Part shown: one piece after another, positions 23,497 to 36,515 of the stretch
Numbering within the stretch: the stretch's first letter is position 1
How the letters are laid out: each line of letters starts with the position of its first letter
From: Azolla caroliniana
Lineage: Eukaryota > Plantae > Polypodiophyta
Direction of reading: 5' to 3'
DNA: 64,000 nucleotides
Assembly: GCA_043228905.1 (NCBI GenBank)
Contig: JBHGNT010000005.1
Coordinates: forward strand, 10,230,001-10,294,000
Translations under genes and position numbers: made by a program
The notes under the pieces: model-generated
Told to the model about the DNA's origin: nothing
Databases searched by the model: none
The model's input: only the letters and a program-made list of their open reading frames with translations

Positions 23497-25649
23497 AGTT
23501 GGGATTGTGACCGACCACACCTGGTTACTCGTATGTATGTTTGGGTGCAAAGAATCGAGAAAGATAGTGCACAAACAGAAAAACAGAAAGTACCGAAAAA
23601 CGAAGAGAAGAGACATAGGATATTTTACGTGGAAAACCAGAAAAGGGAAAAAACCACGGGGGTCCACAAACCCCAAGAAAACAAATCACTATGTGTATAG
23701 AGAGGAGTACAGGGAGACTTGGAGGCAACAACCTCGAGCTCGTCTTCGTCTAACAGACATCGGCAGAGTTACTACTCTCACTCTCTCTCTAATTCACAAT
23801 TACAGAGGCCACTGTTCACAGTAACTACTTAGGACTATAATGATTATCATTCATAACTAATGGTTGCCCTAGATGTGTATATACACATACAACATTTATG
23901 GCTATTTACAAATATAGCCTCTGAACCGGCTATTAAATCGATTATTCGATTTATCAATTTTCAATTTCCTATCGACTCTCTACTCGTTTGGCTCGTACTC
24001 TTCCCATCCGGAGGGACCTGTTTCCAAACAAACTCCCCCTTCACTTCGGCATCAGGTATTTTACCAATCCGACTCTCTATCAGCACGCGTTCAGTGTTTC
24101 GACCGACAACACCTTTGTCAGCATGTCCGACCCGTTCTCCGTTGTGTGGATCTTCATTAGAGCAAACTCCTTTTCTTCTACTCGCTCTCGGACCCAATGG
24201 TATCTTCTTTGGATGTGCTTGGTCCTCGAGTGGTAGGCATCATTCTTTGCAAGGTAGATGACACTCTAGTTATCGCAATGGAGTCGAAATTCCTCTTGCT
24301 GAATTCCCAACTCTCCGATGAACTCCTTCATCCAAATTATCTCATTGTCGGCTTCCCCTGCCTGTGGCCATATACTCGGCTTTCGTGGTCGACAACGCCA
24401 CGACCTTCTACAGCCTCGATTGCCACAAAACAGCTCCCCCTACGTACGTCATTATGTATCCGGATGTGGATCGGCTAGTATCCACGTCAACCAACATATC
24501 TGAATCAGTAAAGCCTTCTAATAGGGGTTTACTTAAGCCGAATCGAAGACACACATTCAAGGTGCCTTTTAGGTACCGAAGTATCCACTTCACCGCTGCC
24601 CAATGCTCTCTTCTGGAATTGCACATATATCAGTTGACCACTTCGACAAACATTAGGCCTCCAACTGCTGAGGCATATGGGAACTTGGTCATCTCAGCCT
24701 TCTCGGTTTTTGATTTCGGACATTGACTTCCGCCCAGCTTACAGTTTGTCGGCAGTGTGGAGCCGTCCAGTTTCGAATTCTACATGTTGAATCTCTAGAA
24801 CACCTTCGTCGTGTATTTCTCCTGTAATAGCCACAACAATCTCTTTGTTTGATCCCGAACAATGTGCATACCTAGGATTTGCTTTGCGGGACCCATTTCC
24901 TTCATCGAGAATGACCTACACAGGGCCTTCTTCAAACTTCTGATTTTCCTCATGTCTTGTCCGACAATTAGCATGTCCTCAACATACAACAGGAGGATGA
25001 GAAAGTCTCCTCTATCATACTTCTTGACAAAGACACAATGATCAACTTGTGTCTTGCCAAAACGGTGATCCACCATGAAAGATTCAAACTTTCGATACCA
25101 TTGTTGAGGGGCCTGTTTCTGCCCATACAAGCTCTTTCTCAATCGGCATACCAGGTTTTCTTTACCTTTTTCTTCGAATCCTTCTGGCTGCAACATATAT
25201 ACCTCTTCCTCCAAATCTCCATGAAGAAAGGCAGTCTTGACGTCTAGCTGCTCGACTTTGAGGTCCATGTTGGCCGCTATGCTGAGCACAGTTAAGATCG
25301 ATGACATCTTTACGACCAGGGCAAATATTTTGTCGAAATCGACACCCTTCTTCTGTTGAAAGCCTTTCACCACAATTTGGGCTTTGTACTTGGGTGGATT
25401 TCCGCTTTCTCCCGACTTCAATTTGTATACCCACTTATTTCGAAGTGCTTTCTTCCCTTTCGGGAAATCGGTCAATTCGTATGTGTGGTTCTCATGCAAG
25501 GAATCCAACTCATCTTGCATGACACTCAACCACTCTTAGCTATGGGCATCTTTCTTAGCTTCATCGAAGCTTTCCGGCTCCCCCTCATTGGTTAACAATA
25601 CACGTTATTCATCCGGAAATCTCTAAGGGGCTCTTCTTTCTCTCAAGGG
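23497..25649 (-). mobile_element. Copia-X degenerate RT-RNaseH plus 3' LTR (~23497-24030); continues at 31109-31278 beyond the nested Copia-Y
   Basis: ORF 24795-25529 carries RT motifs (QLDVKTAFLHGDLEEE, LLLYVEDML). PPT adjacent at 24031-24044. Confidence 0.9.
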
Positions 25650-28600
25650 TGTTGGGCGGACAAGGTCAATCGGATCGGGATCGACTGAATAAGCCAGAGC
25701 CGGATAGGAGTTCGGAACAAAGAATTGGATCGATGTCCAGATCGGTATCCGAAACCAGGAGCCGAATCGGAAAGACGGACCAGATTGTAACTGGTAGGCC
25801 GTTGGAGGCCTACGAATCTAGCCTAGTACGTAGACAGATTCATTGGAGTTAGTGTTAGTCGCTTGTATGAGCATTGAAGTACTTGTTAGTCTGTATAAGG
25901 ACTTGTATAAAAGTGCTCATTGAGCACATTGTATGTACAAAGTGTTATTATTTTGAATTAAGTTTATGCTTTCTGCTCTCTCTGTCTCTCCCGTGTATTG
26001 TGTATTCTAAGATTCCATTAAACCTGTGTTATTCTCTATTGCTATTCGGCAGAACCGGTTTGTCATAAGCTTCCACACTTTATCTTTTACATGGTGTCAG
26101 AGTGCGAGGGTTAAGAACCTTTGCTGCCGACAAGCGCTTTTCAAAAGACAAACCCTAACCACTAGTAAAAGAACAAACCAAAAAAAGAAGGTATGGACAG
26201 AGGCATGGTGAGCTCGCTTCCGATGGAAAAGCTCGATCGGAGCAACTATGTATCCCGGTCGTATAAAATGCACCAGTACCTGCTGGGCATGGATACTTGA
26301 GCTACGTGGAAGGAGCAAATGAACTAGCGCCGGATTCGGCACACAAGTACTTCTCGGTTTGGGAGCAAGGAGCGAGTAGGGTTTTGTATTGCCTCGACCA
26401 GATGCTTGGTTACATCAGAGATGCTAAGACGCCGAAACAGGGTTGGGAAAATATGAAAAAGATTCACCGCAAGTACCTCAGCCCGGAAGCTACAACTTCA
26501 GCAAGAACTGAACAATATCCGACAAAAGGATATGTCAATTTCAAACTACACCGCCAAGATAAAGGAGATCTGCGATGCATTAGGGTCTATTGACGTCACG
26601 ATAGACGAGGACAAAATGTTGCAAATCTGCCTCGGTGGTCTGGCTCAAAGGTACGGGCCCATCCGGACTGCAATCCTCACCTAGAAGAAACCACCATCCT
26701 TTTTCAACCTACAATAGATGCTGATGGTCGAAGAAAACCACGCGAGTGGGTCAAGAACCACTCAATCGGACAACGAGATGATGTACACGGAGGTGGATCG
26801 GCCTTGTGGCCGTGGAGGGCGAGGTGGGTCGGCATGCAATACAGGTGGCCGACAAGAGCAGAATCGGAGGCACAGAGATAGTGCCGACAATAGTTCGGGA
26901 CCCTCCACTAGCAGAGGGAGTCAAAGCGGCGTCAGAAACCAGCAAGGGAAAACCGACACAGAATGCTAGTATTATGGCAAGAAAGGCCATCGGGAAAGCG
27001 AGTGTTGGAAGAAGTGCGCCGATTCGGATAAATCTGGATCCAGGAAGACTGGACAAGGGAGCCGACAAAGATCGCACTATGTAGAAGGATCAGAAGGATC
27101 CGGAACCGGGAAGACCGGAAAAGGGCCAACCTTTATGATGAAACACAAGGCGAACGCAAGGGTGCCGGGACGGGAGGATGTTTATCCTCGACACCAACAA
27201 CGTTGGCACCGCTTTGTTTGCAGAAGGCAGAAGGTCGAATCGGATATAGACATGTGGCACAAGCGGGGCGGGTCGACCACGTCAACTATCAATAGCTTCA
27301 AGACCTGCAATCGAAACAAGTAGTTTTTGGTTTGCCAAAATTTAGTGGCTGGAAGGCCCAAATATGTGAAGCATGCCAGCTTGGGAAGCAACACCGGCTT
27401 TTGTTACCCACCGAAAGAAACTGGATCCGTAACAAGCTCGATCTAATTCATCTGGATGTATGGGGACTCGATATTTTTTCTCCTTCATCGACGACTACAA
27501 TTGACACACATGGATCTACCTAATCGAAAGGAAAAGCGAAGTTTTCGACTATTTCCGAAACTTGTAAAGTCTTGTAGAACGGGAAATGGGGAGGAAGATC
27601 AAGTGCCTATGGTTAGATGGTGGAAAAGAATATTTTTTCAGCCAATTCAACAATTATCTGCAACAGAGAGGAATTCGGAGGGAATTCAGCTGCCAATACA
27701 CACCGGAACAAAATGGTGTGGCCGAAAAGAAGAATTGGTCAATTGTAGAGGTGGCACGGTCAATGTTGGAAGAGAAGAGCATGCCTAAGTTCTGCTGGGC
27801 CGAAGCAGTCCGGACGACCGTCTACATCCAAAACTGGATTGGGGATAAGGTGCCAGCACATGTGCTGTATTTTGGGTGGAAGCCGAATTTAAGGCATCTT
27901 AAGATATTCGGTAGCATTGCATATATGTGTGTGCCGGATGAGAAGCGAAGAAAGTAGAACCCGAAATCGGAGAAGTGCATCCTTGTCAGCTACTCACATG
28001 AGCAAAAGGGTTATAAGTGTTATAACCCCCGAACAAAACAAGTTCGAGTGAGTCGAGATGTCGAATTTGATGAGTCGGCATCATGGTACTATCTACCGAC
28101 TCAGATGTCCGACTCCGACCCTATTCCGGAGGATGAGGCTAGTCAGCCCGAAACGATCCGAGCAGAAGATGAAGAAGGATTCGGTACTCTAGATGAAAAT
28201 CCGATTTCATTCCGGCTAAGTGGGCCGCATTACAGACTGAGTCGAAATGACTAGTCAAATGAAGAGCCAACGAGTAGTGGAGACTCGGCCATGCTCTCCC
28301 CGCGCAAGGAACCGAGGAGACGGTTCACGTGCAAAGAGAAGGGAAAGAAGAGGATGTCGGAATACACCATCGGTAGAGACGAGTCGGATCGGAACAAGAC
28401 TGACTCTAGGAAGAACGAAGACAGAACTTCGGAAAAGAAGTCGGCATCGGTCAAGAGGGCCGCGAAATCGGCGAATCAAGAATTGTGCTGATCCACCCGC
28501 CAGAAAAACCCTGTGAAAAGGTACTGGTACAATGAGTATATGGTGCATCATTATGCGTACATGGTGAACGTGGCAGCCGTGCATGAGCCGGAGAGCTACG

Positions 28601-31108
28601 CAGAAGTGGCTAAGGATCCAAACTAGCAGAAGGCCATGGAGGAAGAGATGCACTCACTCACGAAGAATGACACATGGGATTTGGTGGACGTACCAACAGG
28701 AGTGAAGCCAATCGGTTGCAGTTGGGTATACAAGGTTAAATACAACACTGACAGCTCCATCAACTAGTACAAGGCCCAATTAGTGGAAAAGGGCTACGCG
28801 CAACAACACGGCATCGACTACGATGAGATGTTCTCGCCGGTGACAAAGATGACCACCATCTGTGTTCTGCTTGCGGTGGCAATGGCGAAGGGGTGGCATC
28901 TACATCAGATGGATGTGAAAAACGTGTTTCTACAAGGTGATCTTGAGGAATAGCTGTTTAGGGTTCAACTCCCCAGATTTCAGTCCGGAGTGAACACATC
29001 GGTTGTATGCTGATTGAAGAAGTCCCTTTACGGACTCAAGTAAGCCCCGCGTGCTTGGAACACGAAGATCAGGCAGAGACTGCCTTGAGTGGGGTTTGCT
29101 TTGTCAAAATCAGACTCTTCGCTTTTCATCCGGCAAGGTCGGAATGGGCCGGTTAGTATTTCACTTTATGTTGATGATTTAGTCAGTGACGGCGCCGACC
29201 TCAACGAAATCAGTCGCGTAAAGTCCCAACTTGTGGCATCATTTGACATGAAGGATCTTGGGGACCTTCATTACTTCCTCAGGATCGAAGTGATCCGCAC
29301 CCTAGAGGGCATACTGATCAATCAACAACATTATGTGTTGAGTGTGCTCTTCAAATTTGGTATGACAGAATGCAAATCCGTCTTGACTCCTTTGGACCAG
29401 AATGTGAAGCTTCGCGCCGAGTCCGGAATGACATGTGACCCGAAAAGGTTCTGATAGATAGTCGGAAGCCTTACCTATTTGACCATCACCCAAATGGACC
29501 TCAGTTATCCGGTCGAATTTATCAATCAATTTATGGCGCATCCGACCTTCGAGCACCTTCAGTTCTCGCACTGAATCCTACAATACATCAACGACACTAA
29601 TGAACAAGGGTTGCTATATCAGGCCGGTGTAGCCGAACAACTTGTCGGCTATACGGATGCCGACTGGGCCGGAAATGCCAACGATCGTAGGTCTATATCC
29701 AAATATGCGTTTTCACTTGGAAGCGCCGCGATCGCATGGAGTAGTAAGAAGAAACCAACAGTTGAACTGTTGAGCATGGAAGCCGAGGATAGAGGAGCAC
29801 CTGTCGCAATGTGCAAAGCCATATGGCTCAAGAGGCTTCTGAAGGATCTGCGAGTGGAGGTGTTTGAACCGACGACGATCTATTGTGACAACTTCAACAA
29901 CATCCAATTGGCAAAAAACCCCGTCTTCCCGGACAAAGCACATCGAGGTGCACTATCACTTTGTCCACGAGCGCATGCTCTCGACGGATCGACAAGTAGC
30001 CGATATCTTCACCAAACCCCTCGACATAGACAAGTTGCAACATTTTTCCGGTGCGCTGGGTGTACACTACCTCGATATGCCGAATGTGAGGGGGACGATT
30101 GAAAGGAGGAATGAGAAAGACGACTGAGCCGAGTCGGAAACCGATTTCGACTTCGGCCCGGCTAAAGAAGTCAGGGTGCACGGAACGACTGAGGAAGCCG
30201 AGACTGGACGTAGGGGGAACCACCAGAATGGAGAGCCCAAGCCCAAGCCAACCGAAAAAGGGCGAGGCAAAGTAGGGAAGACCAAGACACGGACATGGTC
30301 TGATGTCGTGAAGGTTCTAAAGGTTGAAGACGAATTGGAGACAGCCAATTCGAACAAGAGCTGGGATGAATTAGAGGCATATGATTCTGAAGAGGAGTTC
30401 GGTTCGGCTGAGCCGAATCAATTGAAGGCCAAATGGACAAGGAGGAAGCTGAAGTCGACAACAACACGGGGGAACTGGCGGGTCGAGAAGCGCAGAAGTC
30501 ACAATAGCAAAGGAGTTGAAATGAGCCTTATGTGCAGACAAGCCCGCCGAGAAGGTCGAGGTGGGCGAGGCCAGATGGGTCTTGGAAAGCGGAACCGGAC
30601 GGGTCGAGGAGCACGACTAAGGCGGGAGGATGCCACGGGGAGCCGGAGGAGAGGACCGGCTACCATAGACACAAATTCTATGATCGGACCTCAAGTTCAG
30701 CTTGAGGGGGAGTGTTGAGCGGACAAGCTCAACCGGATCCGGATCGGCTGAATAAGCCAGAGCCGGATTGGAGTCTAGAATGATGAACATGATCAGTATC
30801 CGGAACCAAGAGCCGGATCGGAGAGATGGACTAGATTGTAACCGGTAGGCCGTTAGAGGCCTATGAATCTAGCCTAGTACGTAGGTAGATTCCTTGGAGT
30901 TAGTGTCAGTCGCGCATATGAGCATTCAAGTACTTGTTAGTACTTATGTTAGTCCGTATAGGACTTGTATAGAAGTGCTCACTAAGCACATTGTATGTAC
31001 AGAGTGTTATTATTTTAAATTAAGTTTATGCTTTCTGCTCTCTCTGTCTATCCTGTGTACTGTGCATTCTAAGCTTCCATTAAACCTGTGTTATTCTCGA
31101 TTTTGCTA
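25650..31108 (+). mobile_element. Near full-length degenerate Copia-Y: 5' LTR 25650-26091, PBS 26092-26102, gag-pol ~26193-30100 (protease region deleted), 3' extension, truncated 3' LTR 30713-31108
   Basis: Paired LTRs. PBS TGGTGTCAGAG. gag, INT, RT (LYVDDL) and RNaseH (GYTDADWAG) in copia order, with many stops. Confidence 0.92.
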
Positions 31109-31278
31109 ATTATCGATATGGCCGACTGGTTCGTATCCGATTTTGGTCAATTCGATCGACACTCGATTCGGTCGATCATCAACTCGGCTCGAATCGATGC
31201 CTGAAGATCTATTTTCGATCTCCCAATCAACGGTCGTATTTCCTTACATGAAGATGATGTCTCGGCTCCTAATCACCT

Positions 31279-32535
31279 TGTGAAAAGAACTACGTGCGGA
31301 AGCAATAGAAAGTAGAATGTAGGAAAACACAGGTTTAATGGAGAGCTTGGACACACACACAGTACACGAGAAAGACAGAGAGAGAGAGAGAGAGTCAATA
31401 CACACAACTCTATTAAAAAAATAATACTCAGTCTATACCTAGGATGTGCTTAGTGAGTAGTTTTATACAAGTCCATACAGACTGACAAAAGTACTGACAC
31501 GTACTTCAATGCTCATAACTGAGCTCTACACTAACTCCCAAAATATATTCCTACGCGGAATATCTTTCCAATGGCCTCGTGGTTTATGCACCGCTACGAC
31601 TTCTCCTTGCGCACTAGTTTGCGTAACAGATTACGCACCTGGTTTACGCACCGGTCTGGCCTAACCGATCGGTCCCAACCGATCCGGTTCTGGGCTTGCA
31701 CAGTCGATCCGGCCAATGTTGAGCTGGTATCTTAACACTCCCCCTCAAGCTCAACTTGAGGCTCTTCTGGTTCTCCTGGATCACCACTCTGGTTTCTTCT
31801 GGCTTCACGCCTCGCTTGCGCTCCTCGTCTTGTTCGATTCCGCGCGCCTCGACCCTTTCAATCAGCGTGTGTGCTCGTTCAGCCCTTCTTAGCTCCCTTG
31901 CTGTCATGGTGTTTGCGCCTCTTCGGCTGCCCTTTCTTCCACTTGGCCCTCGGTTGATTCAGCGTCTCCGAATCAAACATCCGAACCGAGTCAGCTTCCT
32001 ACGATCGGTTTTCTCTCTCGTTCGAGTTGGCTTCATCTCCCCCATGCTTGGCTAGCTTCGGCTCTTTCTTTCGATTGCTGCTCTCACATCCGCTTTCGAA
32101 CTCTTTCCCAGATCCGCCCTCGGCTTCTTCAGCCGACTCGAAATTGAATTCTTCATCTGACTCGACGTCATGGTCTCTTCTGCTCTTTCCTGCTCCCTTC
32201 CGTGGTCTTCCGGGTCTCTTCCACACCTTTCCTGCTCCCTTTCGTGGCCTTCCGGGACTTCTCTCCCCCTCAAGTTCGGCACATCGAGGTGACGCAACCC
32301 AAGCGCACCCGAGAATTGGCGCAACTTGTCGAAACCAAGGGGCTTGGTGAAAATGTCGGCGGTCTGCCGATCCGTCGAAACATACTGAAGTTCGACTTCA
32401 CCGGAGAGGGCACGCTCGCGGACAAAGTGGTAGTGCACCTCAATGTGCTTAGTCCGGGCGTGGAAGACAGGGTTCTTCGCTAACTGGATGTTGTTGAGGT
32501 TGTCGCAGTAGATCGCTGTCGGATCGGACACCTCT
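31279..32535 (-). mobile_element. Copia-Y 3' end: RNaseH C-terminus, 3' extension, PPT and LTR 31279-31737
   Basis: IYCDN..IQLAKNPVFHARTKHIEVHYHFVRE, then GAGCTTGAGGGGGAG followed by TGTTAA...TTTTCACA. Confidence 0.9.
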
Positions 32536-33389
32536 ACTGAGGTTCCATAGGATGTTGTGGTCTTAACGCGGTGTATGTCGCCTACCTATGCAACTCTACT
32601 CTCTATTGAGCTATCACTTGGCCAATTCTATGGGATGTGGTGGTCTTGAGAAGGTGCATGTCAACTACCTTAGGGTTTCATACCTTAGGGCATGCTTAAT
32701 GTTCATACACCTAATTGATTATTATTCTAATTACACAAATTTTCATTTTACTTTGATATGATTTACTAGTAATTGTCATTTACCCACCCACAATTAATTC
32801 TCATTTTCCCCTTCCTTTTTAGGTTTAAAGTATTTATGTGAGTTTACCTATGATGTAACGATTCCATGTAGATTATTTTTTTGTATTGAGTGGGCATCAT
32901 GCCGTTTTTTGAACGATTTTTTTCCAATGGCTCATCTAGGTTTAACTCATATTATCGAGCCTTAGAACTCGAGTAAAACCACATGAGTTCCCCTATTGAT
33001 GTTTTAGTCATAGATTTGAGTACTACATCTTTGCGCACAACACCACCACCACCACTTGTATCAATTTGTGACTTATGTCACAATTGTGCAAATTACAACC
33101 ACCATATTGGGATGGATATGTGCATACATCGCATATCCATTTATTTGGGGTATTTTTGTTTAGTAGACAACACATGGTTTTTTAACCTTGTTTTCGTCAC
33201 TTCTTGACTCTTATAGGTAATGACTTATTTTTCTCTTTTTTTAATAACATTTGCTTGCTACTCACAAGACTAGAATATTACTTGTGAGTGCACTTGTTTC
33301 TTCACGTAATACACTTTCTTGACCATATCAATACATGTTGGGTTGGCATTCTAATATAAGGCTAACTAGGAAACTACATTGATGTTAGA

Positions 33390-33682
33390 AGTTCCATAGT
33401 ATGAACCATACGTATCATACGTGCATTCGCATTCATGAATGTTTCAATCATTCGCGAAAGAAAAACACCCTCAAAGAATGATAAATACCATACTTTTGGA
33501 TTAACTATTTATTATGAGGTAAATAAGCCTAAAAAATAGAAAAAAACAAAAAAAACATTAAAAAAATGGGAAAAAACAAAAAAAAAATCACAAGAATGTT
33601 TGAATAACATTCGCATTCATTTTCCAATGTAGGAAAACGAATGTTATACTAGACGAACACGAATTTTACGTACTATGGAACT
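33390..33682. mobile_element. Putative MITE, 293 bp
   Basis: TIR AGTTCCATAGTA / TACTATGGAACT with a flanking 4-bp direct repeat TAGA. Internal CATTCGCATTCAT repeats. Confidence 0.55.
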
Positions 33683-33930
33683 TAGAACCATGGTTGAGCC
33701 TCGGGGGGCCGCCATGATTATTCAAGATAAAGATCCAAGAAAGACATCTTAGCTATGTTTTCCCCCATGGTTTTTAAAATACCATAGTGTTACCATAGTT
33801 ATCAGATCTCGAATCACATCTCATATGTCTAGAGGGGTAAAGACGTGAGATGCTTTCTTGGTAAAGTTCTTACAATCAAAATTTCAAGCATTCATTTTGC
33901 TTGTGTATTTTTTGAACCTCCTTATTTATA

Positions 33931-34661
33931 TTGCATACCCACAACTTGCATCATGGAACAACTTTTGAACGTGGTTGGAGCGATCTCTCCGATCGAGCCT
34001 CTCCGACCGAGACCTCTCAACTCCATTCCGCATCACACACACAAGCCAAGATCACTATTGAGCAATTGCTCACTACTACCTTGAATCAATTGGCCAAAAT
34101 GAGGCAAGCCCATATGGCATTGGAAAAGAAATCCCAAGAATTGACAATTGAGTCCAAGAAAGAAGGTGAAACTTTGTTCGTAGTAACGCCATTCAAGGGA
34201 GATAAGAAACAAAGAACCGAGGAGGCCATTAGCACTTGGCTTGGTCGTTGGGAGTCTCACTTTGAGCTCCACCCCAAACCCGATGTTGTAAAAATTGGTT
34301 ATGTCGGTCGTGAGTTAGGTGGTCGAGTTGTTGCTTGGTGGCGCGGCCTAAGGACTCCAAAGAACTTACCCACAACTTGGGAAGGTTTCGTTGATGTTTT
34401 TAAGAAACAATTTTTGCAGCCACCTTCTCAAACTGAACAAGCGCAACACTTGCTCACGTTGTCGAGTAAGCCATTTACCTCTCTCGAGGATTATGTGCAT
34501 CATGCTCGAACCCAGATCCAAAAATCGGAACTTACCGGTGAGAAATGGTTTGTTGCTTGCTTTTTGAATGGTATTCCCAATGGGGATTACCATTGGATTG
34601 TCCATGACAAGGACCCCACAACTTTCGAGGAAGTCGTCAACATTGTACTTCGGTACCATAG
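33931..34661 (+). pseudogene. gag: Ty3/gypsy gag 5' part, cut by a Copia-X insertion; possibly the same element as pol 45401-48260
   Basis: Retrotransposon-gag pattern TWLGRWESHF...LGGRVVAWW...PTTWEGFVDVFKKQF. Confidence 0.75.
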
Positions 34662-34922
34662 TGTTGGGAACTCGGTCCCTCCGGATGGGATCCGGTGATG
34701 AATGAAGAGGACCCAGTGAGAACCGGAAGAGATCTGGAAACTGGAGGAGACCCAGTAAGAACCTGAAGAGAAGACATATTTGTAAATATGTTTTGAGTAA
34801 GCCTATTGAGGCTATATTTGTAAATAGCCCTAAGTTCATATAATTATAAATATGACTTAGGGCAATCACTTTATGCATGAGTGGTTGTAGATGTTGTCAT
34901 ATTGTTGTATGTGTAACCTGTG

Positions 34923-34963
<41 letters not shown>

Positions 34964-36515
34964 TGTGTGTGTGTGTGTGAGATACAAAGAGATACTCTGT
35001 TGTAACTACCGTTTGGCGAAGATACAGAGCTCGAGGTAGTTGCCTTCGAGGCTCTGATTGTACCTTTCTCCTATAGTGATAGTTGGAGTTTGTGGGCTCC
35101 TGTGGTTTTTTTTTCCCTACTTGGGTTTTCCATGTAAACATCCTGTGTATTTCCTTTGTGTACTCTCCACTTCCCATTTTTGTGTTTCATTCTCAGTGAA
35201 GTGATTGAAGACTCGGTTGTGGTCGAGCAATATTCCGCGTTTTTCCCTTCAATCTGGTATCAGAGCAAACAACACAAAAAATGGAAGAATCGTTCGGCGG
35301 CATGTTCAAGCTCATCGGCTCCAACTACTTAGTGTGGAAGTAGAAGATGAGGGATATGCTGGTGGTTAAAGATCTTTAGTTGCCGGTTCAGTTCAGGGAC
35401 AAGAGACTGGACACGATCGACACCACAAGATGGGAGGTGATGCACATGAAGACTACGGCGTACATCCGGTGCTTCATCAACATGAGTCTGTACAAAAACT
35501 TCAATGAAGAAAGTAAGGCTCATGAACTATGGGAGAAGATCAGCCTCATGTTCCAAAACAAGAATGTTGTTAATCGGGTTTCGGTATTCTAGAAGCTAGT
35601 GAGGCTCCGGTACCAGGATGGCTCCCGTATGGCGGAGCACATGAATGCCTTCTAGGGGCTGATACACCAAGCAACCTCATTGGAAGTACCTCTCACCGAT
35701 GAGGTACTCGCATTGCTCCTGTTCGTTTCCCTCCCAGATAGCTGGGAGACGTTAGTTGTCACGTTGGGCAACGTTGGGCTGAAAGGAAAATAGTTGTCCC
35801 TAGCAAGGGTAAAATCAAGCTTGCTAGATGAAGAAGCTCGTTGGAAGGACCGGGAGTCCGGAACCGATTCGAAGGCCTTGGTCACGGAAGATGACCACAA
35901 CCGGGGAAGAGGCCGGTATCGGAGTCCCCAAAACCGGGACAAATCGGGGACGAGGTCAAAGTCAAGGGGAAGGCCCACGTGCTTCTATTGCGGGAAGCCG
36001 GGACACTTCTAGAAGAACTGTCGGCATTTCCGGAAAGAGAAGGAAACCGGCACTACCGATTCGAAGAAGAGATCGGACCGAAGAGGCCCGGATCGGAAAG
36101 GAACGTCGGCAATCGCGACAAGTGAAGAGGAACTGATGCTCATTACCAAAGAGAATGAGTTAAAATAGTGTACAGAGAGAGAGAGAGAGAAAGAGGTCGT
36201 TGCCTCTGTTGTAACCGCCGCCTGTGGCGAAGATCTGTGAGCACGAGGTCGTTGCCTCTGTTGTAACCGCCGCCTGTGGCGAAGATCTGTGAGCATGAGG
36301 TCGTTGCCTCAGTGAACTCACTGTTGTACACTCTCACATAGTGACAGTTTGCAGCCTGTGGGCTGCCATGGTTTTTCCCTCTTTGGGTTTTCCATGTAAA
36401 CCTCCTGTGTATCTTCCTCTCCTTTGTGTCGTGCGTTTGTTTCACGTTTTCTGTGTATGAAAAGAATCTCGGTTGCGGCCGAGCTTAGTGCATAAGAAGC
36501 GTTGGGTTCCCGTCA
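34662..36515 (+). mobile_element. Copia-X: 5' LTR 34662-35251, Met PBS 35255-35266, degenerate gag 35281-~36165 fused by deletion to the 3' half of an LTR (~36166-36515)
   Basis: TGTTGGGAAC start, PBS TGGTATCAGAGC, zinc knuckle CFYCGKPGHF. Flanks do not match, so it is chimeric. Confidence 0.85.
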
